DNA from: a virus
Direction: 5' to 3' (one strand)
Length of the DNA stretch: 64,000 nt
Virus record (IMG/VR): IMGVR_UViG_3300018432_000005
Span: 1-64,000 of that record
Under the pieces are notes generated by a model. It had not been told where the DNA came from. It saw only the letters and a list, made by a program, of their open reading frames with translations, and did no database searches. Of the stretch, positions 39,872-48,875 are shown piece by piece; position 1 is the first letter of the stretch, and the number at the start of each line of letters is the position of its first letter. A program made the position numbers and the translations under genes.

Positions 39872-40165
39872 GGCCGGGGGCCCTTGGCGAGCTCGTTGCG
39901 CGCGGTCGAGTCCCAGGGAACCGTCAGGCAGCCACGCGCCACGCTCGCAACGGCCGGGGTCAGGCCCTTGCGCTTGATCATCTTGATCACGAGCGCGGCC
40001 ATCGCACCTGCGGCGGCAGACATCGCGACGACCTCGGCGCTGACGGGGTTCAGGCTATCCGTGTGCGCCTTGATCACGCGCAACAGTTCGTCGATCAGAG
40101 CACTCTCGCGCTCGTTGAACTCGTCGGGGCCCATACCCATCATGTTCACGACTCGAGAGTCCCTT

Positions 40166-40561
40166 TCACTTGTCGGCAAGGCAATCTCCGTCCGTGTTGT
40201 AGGGGTCGAAGGCGAGGCTACAGACGCGCGCGTGCGGGCACGCGTCGCACGTGAACTCGACGGGCCTGCTCTCGGGAAACGCACGCATGACCCACTCGCG
40301 CGCCGCGCGGCGTTCGTCGACGAGCCGCCAGAGCGTGACGGGCTCGCGCCGCTCGTCGACGGCGAGCTCGTCGGGCGGGGGCTCTGGCGTGGCCGCGCCG
40401 TGCGTGAGGTCGAGCAGCGTCTCGAGCTCCGCAACTGCGGTCAGGTAGATCACGGCCGACCCCAGCGCGCCGCGCCTCTTTGCGTCCTGCGCGCGCTCCC
40501 TCCAAGCGTCGACCAGACCGTCGAGCTTGCCCCGTAGCCGCGTCTCAATCTGCGCCGTCAT
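40166..40561 (-). CDS. Hypothetical Cys-motif protein
   Basis: CDACP...CSLAFDPYNTDGDCL segment. Confidence 0.6.
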   Translation of the reverse strand: MTAQIETRLRGKLDGLVDAWRERAQDAKRRGALGSAVIYLTAVAELETLLDLTHGAATPEPPPDELAVDERREPVTLWRLVDERRAAREWVMRAFPESRPVEFTCDACPHARVCSLAFDPYNTDGDCLADK

Positions 40562-41118
40562 GGCGGCGCCTCCATGCCGTGCACGTCGGGATCCGGGTGC
40601 AGGTCGGAGAAGCTTTTCCAGCCGAGTTCGGTGAACTGCTTGCTGTACACCTCGCCGCGCGGCAGCACCGGCGTGCGCCAGTCAGGCGTCAGGAACAGGC
40701 GATAGTGGTAGACGTCGCGCGTCTTGCCCTTGTCGGTGTAGGGCGGCTCGACCCACAGGTATCGCAGGCGGTCAGCGCCGAAGAAGCCCAGGCACCACAG
40801 ACGCGCTCGAGCGTGGTCGTGCTGCACCGCCTCGCCGGGCACGAAGAACGCGAGCGACAGGTGCTCGCAGCGCTCGTAGTCGGGGTTCTTCCACCATCCC
40901 GACGAGTGCATGCCCTCGTCGCGCGTGAAGATGACCGTCGCGGCGAGGTCAGGGCCGTGGCGAAAGACCTGCCTGCAGGCGTTGATCGTGTGCTGGTCGG
41001 CCGCGGTGCTGTAGCCGGTGTAAGGCGTGAACGAGGCAGCCCGCAGGCGGCCGACGGCGACCGCCTGCAACATGGCTTTGGTGGGCTCGGTCGGGGGGAC
41101 GTTGATCAGCACCGTCAA
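40558..41118 (-). CDS. Hypothetical protein
   Basis: FTRDEGMHSSGWWKNPDYERCEHLSL segment; coupled operon. Confidence 0.65.
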   Translation of the reverse strand: MTVLINVPPTEPTKAMLQAVAVGRLRAASFTPYTGYSTAADQHTINACRQVFRHGPDLAATVIFTRDEGMHSSGWWKNPDYERCEHLSLAFFVPGEAVQHDHARARLWCLGFFGADRLRYLWVEPPYTDKGKTRDVYHYRLFLTPDWRTPVLPRGEVYSKQFTELGWKSFSDLHPDPDVHGMEAPP

Positions 41119-41297
41119 TGCTCCGATCCGTCGTCATCGACGTTCGGGCAGCGGTCGAGCGACACGCCGGCATAGTCAGGCGCGAGCGACTTGTGCACAT
41201 AGACCATGTGCTCGTGCTCGAGCGGGCAGGACAATGAGACGGTCACGATCACCTCGTTGCCGTGCTCGTCGAGGTCGTAGATCGACGGCGCGTTCAT
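41115..41297 (-). CDS. Hypothetical protein
   Basis: Coupled operon. Confidence 0.45.
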   Translation of the reverse strand: MNAPSIYDLDEHGNEVIVTVSLSCPLEHEHMVYVHKSLAPDYAGVSLDRCPNVDDDGSEH

Positions 41298-41485
41298 CGG
41301 GTCGACCTTCGCCCTGCGCGCCGACGAGACAGGCCTCGCATCGCACGCACGTCGGCGATGACCTCCACCACGACGAAGGGAAGGGCGACGAGCAGGATCG
41401 GCGAGCCGGTCCGCGCGAAGCCGTAGACGGCGAGGGCGCCGACGGCCAGATCGAGCAGCACCATCGGCAGAGCGACGAGCATCAC
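41294..41485 (-). CDS. Small membrane protein
   Basis: Two hydrophobic helices. Confidence 0.5.
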   Translation of the reverse strand: MMLVALPMVLLDLAVGALAVYGFARTGSPILLVALPFVVVEVIADVRAMRGLSRRRAGRRSTR

Positions 41486-41961
41486 GCGCGGCCCTTCTTC
41501 TTCGCGACCGCCTTCTTCTTCGCCGCGGGCTTGCCGGTCGGCTTCTTCGTGCGGTAGGCGGGGCCGCGGCTGGTCTGCGCGGCCGGGGGCTCGACGCCGA
41601 TACCGATGGCCGCGAGCGCGCGGTCGACCGTGTCGCTCATCGACTCGCGGGTCGCGCGCGCGTGCTCTTCGAGCGCCATGCCCCGCGCGGCAGGGATGTT
41701 GATCGTCATCTTGCGCAAGAGACGCGCACCGCGTCGGGACCCGTCGCCCAGCACGCGGCCGGCCCTTTGGATGTAGCGCGGATCGTTGTCTGGCAGTCCG
41801 AGCGCTTGAGCGGTCAGACTGCTGGACGTCTGAACGATCGTACGTCCGTACGTCAGGGCGTCTGACCCTTCGAACTTGCGCTCGAGCTGCTTTGTTGCCG
41901 CCTCACGCTGTTCGCTTGAGAGGGCACGAGGGCGCACGACAGGGACCTTTTTAGACGGCAC
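41482..41961 (-). CDS. ParA partner, RHH-type centromere-binding protein (type Ib ParB/ParG-like)
   Basis: GTG with AGGAG RBS overlapping the parA end; RKMTINIPAARGMALEEHARATRESMSDTVDRAL RHH motif. Confidence 0.75.
   Translation of the reverse strand: MPSKKVPVVRPRALSSEQREAATKQLERKFEGSDALTYGRTIVQTSSSLTAQALGLPDNDPRYIQRAGRVLGDGSRRGARLLRKMTINIPAARGMALEEHARATRESMSDTVDRALAAIGIGVEPPAAQTSRGPAYRTKKPTGKPAAKKKAVAKKKGRA
41786..41873. repeat. 8-bp periodic array E (11 units), inside the parB-like CDS
   Basis: ttgtctgg cagtccga gcgcttga gcggtcag actgctgg acgtctga acgatcgt acgtccgt acgtcagg gcgtctga cccttcga. Confidence 0.75.
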
Positions 41962-42640
41962 GCTTTGCACTCCTGTTCTTGCGCTGCAGGCGGCCGTCAA
42001 GCTCGCTGCACAGTGCTTGGATCTCTTCTGATGCGACGCTCTTTAGGTCGTACGTGGTCGGCCCGAGCCCCAGCGCGTAGCACTCGCTGTAGTTGACGAG
42101 CAGCGTCAGGTCGGTCTTCGCGACCGCGATTTGCGCTTCCGAGAAGCTCTCGCGCAACTGCCGCGCAATCGTCGTGCCGCGCTGCAGCTTGCACAGCACG
42201 ATCACCGCGTCGATGTCGGGCCGCAGCTCGAGCGCGTCGCCGACCTTCGACATCGTCTCGCCCATCGCCTCGACCTCGATGGGCGCAGGTCCACACGGCA
42301 GCACGACCAGATGGCTAAACCCCATCGCGACGGCCGCCGTGCGGTCGATGGTGCCCGGCAGGTCGATGACGACGACGTCATAGTTTCGCGCTGTCGCCTC
42401 AAACTCGATCTTGAAGTTCTCTTTCGTCATCGGCACGACCATCGGGCCGCCCTCGACCTCGTGCTCTTCGGCGTTGCGGTAGAACTTCGTCGAGGCGCGC
42501 TGCTCGACGTCCAGGTCGAGGATCACCACGCGAAGGCCGCGCCGGCTCCACTCGCACCCGCACGCGATGGCGAGCGTCGATTTCCCGATGCCCCCCTTCA
42601 CGCCTACGAACGCGATCACGACCTTGCGACGTTTGACCAT
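41951..42640 (-). CDS. parA: ParA partition ATPase (short, type Ib)
   Basis: Deviant Walker A KGGIGKST, ILDLD, VVIDLPG; no N-terminal HTH. Confidence 0.92.
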   Translation of the reverse strand: MVKRRKVVIAFVGVKGGIGKSTLAIACGCEWSRRGLRVVILDLDVEQRASTKFYRNAEEHEVEGGPMVVPMTKENFKIEFEATARNYDVVVIDLPGTIDRTAAVAMGFSHLVVLPCGPAPIEVEAMGETMSKVGDALELRPDIDAVIVLCKLQRGTTIARQLRESFSEAQIAVAKTDLTLLVNYSECYALGLGPTTYDLKSVASEEIQALCSELDGRLQRKNRSAKRAV

Positions 42641-42684
42641 CTACCCGTCCGAACTTTCAACCGTCCGAACGCTCAGACGGTCGG
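42629..42684. repeat. 8-bp periodic array F (7 units) over the parA start/leader; parS-like
   Basis: acgtttga ccatctac ccgtccga actttcaa ccgtccga acgctcag acggtcgg; minus-strand TTGCAC-17-CATTCT promoter just upstream. Confidence 0.8.
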
Positions 42685-42928
42685 GCCGCAGAATGTCGCA
42701 GCGTTCCGGCGAGTGCAAGACAAAGTGCAGGATTGACGGCGTGTGGTGTTCGGGCTGACGCTCGCTCTCGACCCTCGCGTGCGCAACCGCGTGCATCCCC
42801 GCTGCCGTCTGCGACCGCTTTTGCTCGAGCTTGGCTACTCGTTTGGCTGGTTCCTCCTACCTGCCCGACTCGGCCCGCGCGAGGGTCACCCTTGCCCGGT
42901 GCGTAGCGCAGGCAGTACGGTGCGCGCC

Positions 42929-43324
42929 ATGCTGACCCCCGAGCAAGTCGAGCGACTCAAGCGCAAGCGTGAGACGACGGCCGCGCCCGTCGCGACCGCT
43001 GCCCCCGCGCCTGCAACGCCTGCAACGCCTGCAACGCCTGCAACGCCTGCAACCCCAGCCGTCGAGCGCGCACCGGGCCGCTATCGCGCGACCCCCTCGC
43101 AACTCGACGCGCTGCTGCAGCTCGGCCAGCGCATGACGGACGCCGGCATGGTCAGCAGCGCCGACCTTGCCGACGCGTGCCTCGCGATGGCGGCGCTCAC
43201 CCTGACCAATCCACTGGCACCGCCGATCAGCCGCGCGCGCTTCATCGAGCTCGCCGCGGCCGCTTTCGACAACGCCGACACCATCCCACTCGACCAGCGC
43301 GCCAAGCCAGAGCCGACACCATGA
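42929..43324 (+). CDS. Hypothetical protein with (PAT)5 linker
   Basis: TTGCCC-18-TACGGT then ATG 7 nt later; 9-bp tandem cctgcaacg x5 at 43010-43054. Confidence 0.6.
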   Translation: MLTPEQVERLKRKRETTAAPVATAAPAPATPATPATPATPATPAVERAPGRYRATPSQLDALLQLGQRMTDAGMVSSADLADACLAMAALTLTNPLAPPISRARFIELAAAAFDNADTIPLDQRAKPEPTP

Positions 43325-43830
43325 GAAGCGACGAAGAGATCAGCGATGAAGTTTGCTGGGCGTTCCGCCTGGACATGCAGACGTGGGTGCGCACGGGCGT
43401 CGACCTGCGCGCCAAGTGGCCCCAGCTCGTCGGCGAGGCCCTCAACGGCGTTACCCGGACCGGTTCACTCCTGATGCCCATCTGGCGCGAGGTGTTGGCG
43501 GTCAACGCGCTACTCGTGTTCGTGCGCGCGCTTGGTCCACAGCCCAATCGCAAGTTCTGGTGCTGGCTTGAGACGACGGACGATGCGGACGGCGCCAAGC
43601 TCTGGGCTCGTAACGCCGCGAGCGCCGCGTGCGGGTTTGCGGCAGATCGATGGATGGAGACGCACGACGAAGGGCTATTCGTCGTCTGCACGCGCGATGT
43701 GGAAAAGCGAACGCGGCGCTTCGAAGTCGAGGTGTCGACATGCGCCGCGATCCTCAAAGGCGGGCGCGAGGGCCTGCATCTGACGACCGCTGCCAAGCCG
43801 CTCGACGGCCGCTCGATACTCGAAGATTGA
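43321..43830 (+). CDS. Hypothetical protein
   Basis: ATGA overlap with previous gene. Confidence 0.55.
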   Translation: MRSDEEISDEVCWAFRLDMQTWVRTGVDLRAKWPQLVGEALNGVTRTGSLLMPIWREVLAVNALLVFVRALGPQPNRKFWCWLETTDDADGAKLWARNAASAACGFAADRWMETHDEGLFVVCTRDVEKRTRRFEVEVSTCAAILKGGREGLHLTTAAKPLDGRSILED

Positions 43831-43906
43831 ACAAATACCGATCCCGATTGGGATCGGTTTGCAATCGAGTGCAATGGCCCCGCGATCTTCGACTGACTAG
43901 ACACAC

Positions 43907-44506
43907 ATGCCTATGGCTAGAGCAAAGTCCAAGGGCGCTTACAAACGACCAGATCCAGACATCCGACCTTCGCGCGGCGGCGTACTCGTCGACGGCATCG
44001 ACGAGTATTCGCGCGCCGTGATGGGCGAGGCCCCCCACGACTTCCCCGATCTCGTGCAGTTCGCGGTCGACGTGCTGCCCGTCGCGGCCGAAGTCTGCGG
44101 CATCGACGAGCGCGCAGAACGCCCGCCCGACGAGCTCGCGCGCGACCGACGCCGCCTCAGCGACATGCTTCTGCTCGCGGCGTGGTCGCTGCGTGCCCAG
44201 GGCGGCGACGGCGAGCACCCGATCGCGTTCGTCCAGCGCGCCAAGCAGGTGATCGCATGGTGCCAACCGAAGAAAGACCGGCCGCCGATGCTCCTCGAGC
44301 ACCTCGAAGCCAAGGGGCGCGAAATCGCGCGCATCATCGGCGAGCGCCTCACCCGCGCCGAAGAGTTTGTGCTGCTGATCAAGACGGAGGGGGGCGGCAT
44401 GGACGGCCACATGACGTGGCTGACGAGCGTCGAACGCAACACGACGATCAAACTGCTCGACGAGACGCTGACCCTACTGCGCGAGGATCAGAAGGGGCGG
44501 TCGTGA
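43907..44506 (+). CDS. Hypothetical protein
   Basis: 199-aa ORF with typical codon usage. Confidence 0.6.
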   Translation: MPMARAKSKGAYKRPDPDIRPSRGGVLVDGIDEYSRAVMGEAPHDFPDLVQFAVDVLPVAAEVCGIDERAERPPDELARDRRRLSDMLLLAAWSLRAQGGDGEHPIAFVQRAKQVIAWCQPKKDRPPMLLEHLEAKGREIARIIGERLTRAEEFVLLIKTEGGGMDGHMTWLTSVERNTTIKLLDETLTLLREDQKGRS

Positions 44507-44790
44507 GCGCGGCCGCGCGCAAGTCGGAGCCGGCGCCGAAGAAGAAGGCCTGCAAGGGCCGCACGAAGCAGGGTTACCCGTGCCGGGGCACGCTGACAGG
44601 GGACAACGAGTATTGCCGCGCGCACGGCGGCGCGTGGACCCCTGTCCCTGTCACCGCTCGCTGTGCCGGCACCAACAACACTGGCGCGCGCTGCCACACC
44701 CGCGTGCAGGTCGAGGGCGACTACTGCGGCGAACACGGGTGGCAGCGTCGAACGCGACCGCGCCGAGTCGTGCAACAGTGGAGCCGATGA
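44503..44790 (+). CDS. Small protein with two CCCH-type Zn motifs
   Basis: CKGRTKQGYPC...YCRAH and CAGTNNTGARC...YCGEH. Confidence 0.6.
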   Translation: MSAAARKSEPAPKKKACKGRTKQGYPCRGTLTGDNEYCRAHGGAWTPVPVTARCAGTNNTGARCHTRVQVEGDYCGEHGWQRRTRPRRVVQQWSR

Positions 44791-45101
44791 CAGACCCCGA
44801 GATCGTGATCTGCGCAGCCATCCGCTTGCCCGATGGCCGCATCATCCGCGGCCATCGTCACGGTGACTGCATGCACACCGCCCGTGTCTTGATCGATTAC
44901 CGGCACTCGATCGGGCTCGAGCCCGCGCCATGGGCGGACGTCTGCAACCAACTGGGGCCGGACGGGCAGGGCTTCATCACCTCGACGAACCGCTACGTCG
45001 ACCGCGCCGAGGGCCTGCGCCTGCAGCACGCGGCCGGCATCCCCAGCGCGTGCCCGAGCGGCTACAGACGGGGCAACCTGTTCAGCGAGGATCTCTACTA
45101 G
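44787..45101 (+). CDS. Hypothetical phage protein
   Basis: IVICAAIR..DGRIIRGHRH...QGFITSTNRYVDR...LFSEDLY pattern. Confidence 0.75.
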   Translation: MTDPEIVICAAIRLPDGRIIRGHRHGDCMHTARVLIDYRHSIGLEPAPWADVCNQLGPDGQGFITSTNRYVDRAEGLRLQHAAGIPSACPSGYRRGNLFSEDLY

Positions 45102-45448
45102 TGCCGCCGCACGTCTACCGTGTGTTCAACGGCTGGACGGGCAACGGCGCGATCCATCGCGTCGTGTTGGCCGAGTCGGAAGTCGAGGCGATTCGGAAAG
45201 TCAGACGCTTCTGCGATGCGACATGGTTCGCGACGCCCAAGGCCGAGCGCGTGATGCTTGACGAGCACGGCATCGAAACCGACGACATCGACCTATGACC
45301 TTGCTCGTCGTGCTGACGCCTGACCCGCGGGGGCTTCGGCACTACGTCCGCGGGGGCCTCGAAAGAACGCTCTGCGGCCTGCGTTGCGATTGGTGGCTGC
45401 TCGATCCACTCGGCGGCGCTGCGAGTTTTGCAAGCGGTGCAAGACGAC

Positions 45449-45643
45449 CTACGACCGGCTAGCCCGCTCGCGCTCGTAGATGGCCGCCTCGACTGCGTAG
45501 TACAGCGTCGCGCCGTGCTGCCCGAGCTCGGCACGCACGGGCAGCGCGAGCCCCAGGTACAGGCCCGCGCTGACGAAGTGACCGGCCCGCGCGCAGTGCA
45601 CAGCCGATGCGAGGCGTACGACGAAGAGATCGAGCTCGGTCAT
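45449..45643 (-). CDS. Hypothetical protein
   Basis: MTELDLFVVRLASAVHCARAG; weakly resembles the gene at 47809-48022. Confidence 0.45.
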   Translation of the reverse strand: MTELDLFVVRLASAVHCARAGHFVSAGLYLGLALPVRAELGQHGATLYYAVEAAIYERERASRS

Positions 45644-45886
45644 CAGTGCCAGCGCGCCGGCTGCGCGCGCCACAGCAGCATCATCGTTTGGCCGCATCGA
45701 CACCGGATCGCGGCGTCGTGGCGCGGCACCTGGGCGACGAACTCGAAGCCGCAGTGCGGGCACTGCATCTCGAGCTGGTCGCACGGCGTGCCCTCGTGCC
45801 AGCTGACGCGCTGAGACGGCGCACCGGGCGGCGTCGCTACGCGCCTCACCCGGCCCCACCCGTTGCTCGGTCTCGCCCGAAGCTCA

Positions 45887-46342
45887 TCAGCGATGACCCT
45901 TGCCCGCGCTCGAGCGCGCGCGGGTCAGCTGAGAGACCAGATTCGCGCCCTCGGCTCGCACACTCGAGAGCGTGTCTTTGTCGCCGGCAGCCGCGCGAAA
46001 TACGCGCTGCAGCCATGCCGCGCGCGCGAGCCCGCATTCGGCCGCCGCTTCGTCGATCCATTCGGCCTCGTCGGTCGGCACGAAGAACGAGATCGCGACC
46101 CCATCGGACCCCTCTCCGAGGCGCCCATCTTCGAGCGCTGCGCCGCGGGTCGGCTTGGCTTCGCGGCGAATCTCGGTCGCCCTCTCGAGCTTGCCCGCAG
46201 CCGTCATGCACCAGATGCGGTAACAGATGCGCGGCAGGTAGCCCGATGCGTGCGTGGCTGCGCGCACGAGCTCGCGCGACTCCACATCCCGCATGCGGAC
46301 GCTGATCTGTTTCTGCGGCACCGCCGACTTGTGTCTTCCCAT
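45887..46342 (-). CDS. Tandem ribbon-helix-helix regulator (candidate repressor)
   Basis: QKQISVRM..VESRELVRAA and AISFFVPTDEAEWIDEAAAECGLARAAWLQRV; leaderless behind operator O1. Confidence 0.65.
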   Translation of the reverse strand: MGRHKSAVPQKQISVRMRDVESRELVRAATHASGYLPRICYRIWCMTAAGKLERATEIRREAKPTRGAALEDGRLGEGSDGVAISFFVPTDEAEWIDEAAAECGLARAAWLQRVFRAAAGDKDTLSSVRAEGANLVSQLTRARSSAGKGHR

Positions 46343-46352
46343 GACTACGATC

Positions 46353-46706
46353 CTACGCGCTGTCACTGGCAACGCGCAAGCGTTTATCGATCGCGCGCCG
46401 GGCGCGATTGTCGAGCAACTGCGCACGCAACCTGCGCAACGCGCGCCTGCGGTACTTCCAGCCCCGATACCAGCAAGCGTTGCACGCGGGGTCGTCGCCC
46501 CCGCCGTCGTCGAACAGGCGCCACAGATGGCAGCACACGCAGCGAAAGACGCCGCAGGGCTCGCAGTAGAACTCGCGACCGGGGGGCGGGTCCAGGCGCC
46601 GCCCGCACGCCGGGCAGCCGGTCAGATGGGCACGCAGCACGACCGGGATGCACCGCCCGAGCGGCAGTAGGCGCACGACGGGCTCGGGTCGTCGACGCGC
46701 GGTCAT
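46353..46706 (-). CDS. Cys-rich zinc-finger protein
   Basis: Four CxxC motifs. Confidence 0.55.
   Translation of the reverse strand: MTARRRPEPVVRLLPLGRCIPVVLRAHLTGCPACGRRLDPPPGREFYCEPCGVFRCVCCHLWRLFDDGGGDDPACNACWYRGWKYRRRALRRLRAQLLDNRARRAIDKRLRVASDSA
46363..46383 (-). promoter_or_regulatory. Operator/promoter O1
   Basis: tcactggc-aacgc-gcaagcgt; minus-strand TTGCGC-18-TAGGAT. Confidence 0.65.
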
Positions 46707-46978
46707 TCGGGCTCCGCGTCTTGCGCCAGCCACGCGCGACCGAGTTCGGTGACCTCGCCGTGCGGCTCGCACGGGCCGGTCGTGATGAGCCCCTTCGCGC
46801 ATAGCGCGTCGCCCACGCGCACGACGTTGCGCCATGCGATCTCGGCGTTAGGGGCCGCGCGCACCGCCCACGCGGTCACGTCACCCCAGTCAAAGCTCTC
46901 TCGCGAGCTGCCGCAGATTCGCAGCATGCGCGCCTGCGCGGGCGTGATCTTCGGGGGGGTCACCCGTACCTCCGTCAT
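46703..46978 (-). CDS. Hypothetical protein (winged-helix-like)
   Basis: ITPAQARML...ALCAKGLI...VTELGRAWL; GGGAG RBS. Confidence 0.6.
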   Translation of the reverse strand: MTEVRVTPPKITPAQARMLRICGSSRESFDWGDVTAWAVRAAPNAEIAWRNVVRVGDALCAKGLITTGPCEPHGEVTELGRAWLAQDAEPE

Positions 46979-47041
46979 GGTGTCGGCTCCCGGCTCGCGT
47001 CGCAGCGTCTCTCGCTGCCGACAAAACTAGAATACTGCCAA

Positions 47042-47062
47042 CTACTGGCGCTGTGCAAGCGT
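47042..47062 (-). promoter_or_regulatory. Operator/promoter O2
   Basis: ctactggc-gctgt-gcaagcgt; TTGCAC-18-TATTCT. Confidence 0.75.
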
Positions 47063-47066
47063 TTAT

Positions 47067-47354
47067 TTACTCTGCCGCAGTGAGCTCGACGTGCAGCTCG
47101 ACCAGCCGGTGCCGCAGGGTGCGCGCTTCGGCAGCGTCGCGGCGCAGCTTGGCGGCCTGCACGGTCAGCTCGACGTTCTTGGCATGGTCGGCGCTGTCGA
47201 CGGTTCGTGCGAGCAACAGTCGATCGGCCTGCCGGTCCGCTTTGATCTCGGCGCGCATCAGCGCGACGATGGCCGCGCGGGCTTCGGCGCGCGAGAACGT
47301 CGCCGCAAACTCAAGTGCCAATGCCAGAGCTTCGGAACCGCTTGCTGTCCACAT
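47067..47354 (-). CDS. Hypothetical protein (cassette gene)
   Basis: Lies exactly between O3 and O2. Confidence 0.6.
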   Translation of the reverse strand: MWTASGSEALALALEFAATFSRAEARAAIVALMRAEIKADRQADRLLLARTVDSADHAKNVELTVQAAKLRRDAAEARTLRHRLVELHVELTAAE

Positions 47355-47422
47355 GATCGGGTACTGCTCTTTCTGCGGGGGCTGCGTCGCGCTGCCCTGC
47401 CACTTCTCTAGAGTCTCACAAG

Positions 47423-47443
47423 ACGCTTGCACGTGGCAAGTGT
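47423..47443 (-). promoter_or_regulatory. Operator/promoter O3
   Basis: acgcttgc-acgtg-gcaagtgt; TTGCCA-18-GACTCT. Confidence 0.75.
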
Positions 47444-47447
47444 TTAT

Positions 47448-47720
47448 CTAGCGGCGTTTGCCGAGGTCGGTGCGCGGCACGCACGGCAGCGCATCGATGC
47501 GCGCTTGCTCTTCGGCCGTCAGCGTCTCTTCGACCTCGACGCGGAGCGGGCGAGGCGCCTTGCGGGCGGCCAGCTTGGCAAGGCAGCGCGCGCAGGTCAC
47601 GGCGCTGGCGTTGGGGCTCATGATGCCGCCGCGCAGGCCCGTGCGGTGCTGCGCCTGCCCGCAGTACATGCGAGCGAAGGTTCCGAGGTTGTCCGCGTGC
47701 TGGTAGTGGGTCTTCGTCAT
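47448..47720 (-). CDS. Hypothetical Zn-binding protein (cassette gene)
   Basis: KTH...YCG...VTCARC; GGAG RBS; between O4 and O3. Confidence 0.6.
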   Translation of the reverse strand: MTKTHYQHADNLGTFARMYCGQAQHRTGLRGGIMSPNASAVTCARCLAKLAARKAPRPLRVEVEETLTAEEQARIDALPCVPRTDLGKRR

Positions 47721-47783
47721 GAGGGGTGGCTCCGAGCTCGTCGGCGCGTTTCGTCGCTGCTGACTTACCTAGAGTCTCACACT

Positions 47784-47804
47784 ACGCTTGCTAGGAGCAA
47801 GCGT
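47784..47804 (-). promoter_or_regulatory. Operator/promoter O4
   Basis: acgcttgc-tagga-gcaagcgt; TTGCTC-18-GACTCT. Confidence 0.8.
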
Positions 47805-47808
47805 TTAT

Positions 47809-48022
47809 TCAGGCGCGCATGGCCTCGGCAAGCGCAAGGCAGAGCGTCGTCGCGCGCGTCTGCAGGGTGGGGTCGTCGATCTCGGCGGCCATCAACTCGG
47901 CCTGCCCGACGTGGCGCCCTTGCGTCCAGCGTCTGACCCGCGCGAAAGGCATGGACTGCGTTGCTCGTGAAGAAGGCGACCTGCAGGAAAGAGCGGTTGT
48001 CGGCGCGGCTGACGTTCAACAT
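47809..48022 (-). pseudogene. Cassette gene with apparent 1-nt insertion
   Basis: AGGAG RBS + ATG; removing one base near 47917-47919 gives a 70-aa ORF ending next to O4, as in neighbouring cassettes. Confidence 0.5.
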
Positions 48023-48083
48023 GGGGGGGTACTCCTGACTCGTCGCAGCGTCCGTCGCTGCTGACTTATCTAGAGTCTCATAG

Positions 48084-48104
48084 TCGCTTGCTTGCTGCAA
48101 GCGT
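48084..48104 (-). promoter_or_regulatory. Operator/promoter O5
   Basis: tcgcttgc-ttgct-gcaagcgt; TTGCAG-17-GACTCT. Confidence 0.75.
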
Positions 48105-48109
48105 TTATA

Positions 48110-48625
48110 TCAGTCAGCGAGGCGCACCGCGACCGCGCGCAGGTACACGCGGGGCTTTGCGGCAGCAGCTGCCGCGCGCCGCTCTGCGGTCAGGCGTGCC
48201 GCGATGCGCTCGCGGCTGGCTGCAACGAGCGCGCTGTCAACGTCGATGTGCAGGTAGAAATTAACGTTCCAGCACTTGTCGCCGCCGTCGTCGGTCGAGT
48301 TGTCTTCGTGGTAGGCGCGCGCAATCGCGTCGATCTTGGCGACCAGCGCGGTGCCCTCGGGGCTGTAGCGGTCGCGGCAGCGTTCGGGCATGTTCCAGTA
48401 GGTGCCTTCGGGGTGGTCGAGCCTGTAGTCGACTTGGTCGGCGTTCGCGATCTCGAAGCCGTCGGGCACCCCGGTCAGCTCGACGCGAATCGAGCTGCCG
48501 CCCGCGAAGTTGCTCGTGCGCACGCTGACGGTCACGGCCGGCAGGCTGCCCGACTTGGTTGCGGCTTTGAGGTCGGCGCGGATCTGCTTGGCAATCTCTG
48601 CGGTGCTGGTCGTGCGGCGTGCCAT
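48110..48625 (-). CDS. LPD29-like domain protein (cassette gene)
   Basis: AEIAKQIRADLK...VSVRTSNFAGGSSIRV...YHEDNS...WNVNFY pattern. Confidence 0.55.
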   Translation of the reverse strand: MARRTTSTAEIAKQIRADLKAATKSGSLPAVTVSVRTSNFAGGSSIRVELTGVPDGFEIANADQVDYRLDHPEGTYWNMPERCRDRYSPEGTALVAKIDAIARAYHEDNSTDDGGDKCWNVNFYLHIDVDSALVAASRERIAARLTAERRAAAAAAKPRVYLRAVAVRLAD

Positions 48626-48689
48626 GGTCGGGTACTGCTTTCTGCGGGCGGGCGTTTCGTGCCGCTCACAAGAGATAGAATATCGCCAA

Positions 48690-48710
48690 ACGCTGGCACG
48701 AGGCAAGCGT
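48690..48710 (-). promoter_or_regulatory. Operator/promoter O6
   Basis: acgctggc-acgag-gcaagcgt; TTGCCT-18-TATTCT. Confidence 0.75.
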
Positions 48711-48806
48711 TTATTTAGAGCTGCGCACGAGCTCGACGAACTTCGTCGGATCGCCGTTGTTGGCGCGCACTGCCGCGTCGCCCAGGCGGTTGGCATGCGC
48801 ACCCAT
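48711..48806 (-). CDS. 31-aa micro-ORF (cassette gene)
   Basis: MGAHANRLGDAAVRANNGDPTKFVELVRSSK; stop abuts O6. Confidence 0.4.
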   Translation of the reverse strand: MGAHANRLGDAAVRANNGDPTKFVELVRSSK

Positions 48807-48829
48807 GCCGCGGCGCTGGTGAGCGTCTG

Positions 48830-48864
48830 CCGCGAAACGCTTGCATGCCGCAAGCGTTTCGCGG
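48830..48864. promoter_or_regulatory. Central operator O7, perfect 15-bp inverted repeat at the divergence point
   Basis: ccgcgaaacgcttgc-atgcc-gcaagcgtttcgcgg; plus-strand TTGCAT-18-TACTCT. Confidence 0.85.
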
Positions 48865-48875
48865 TACTCTTAGAC

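Noticed and set aside
43010-43054. 9-bp tandem repeat as iterons
   Set aside because: In frame, encoding a (PAT)5 linker.
48690-48710. Sigma54 promoter (TGGCACG...GC) in O1, O2 and O6
   Set aside because: It points away from the adjacent genes, lacks TTGC at -12, and the other five copies have TTGC in place of TGGC.
48830-48864. Palindrome as a protelomerase telRL site
   Set aside because: It has only 15-bp arms with a 5-nt spacer, matches the operator family, and no protelomerase is seen.
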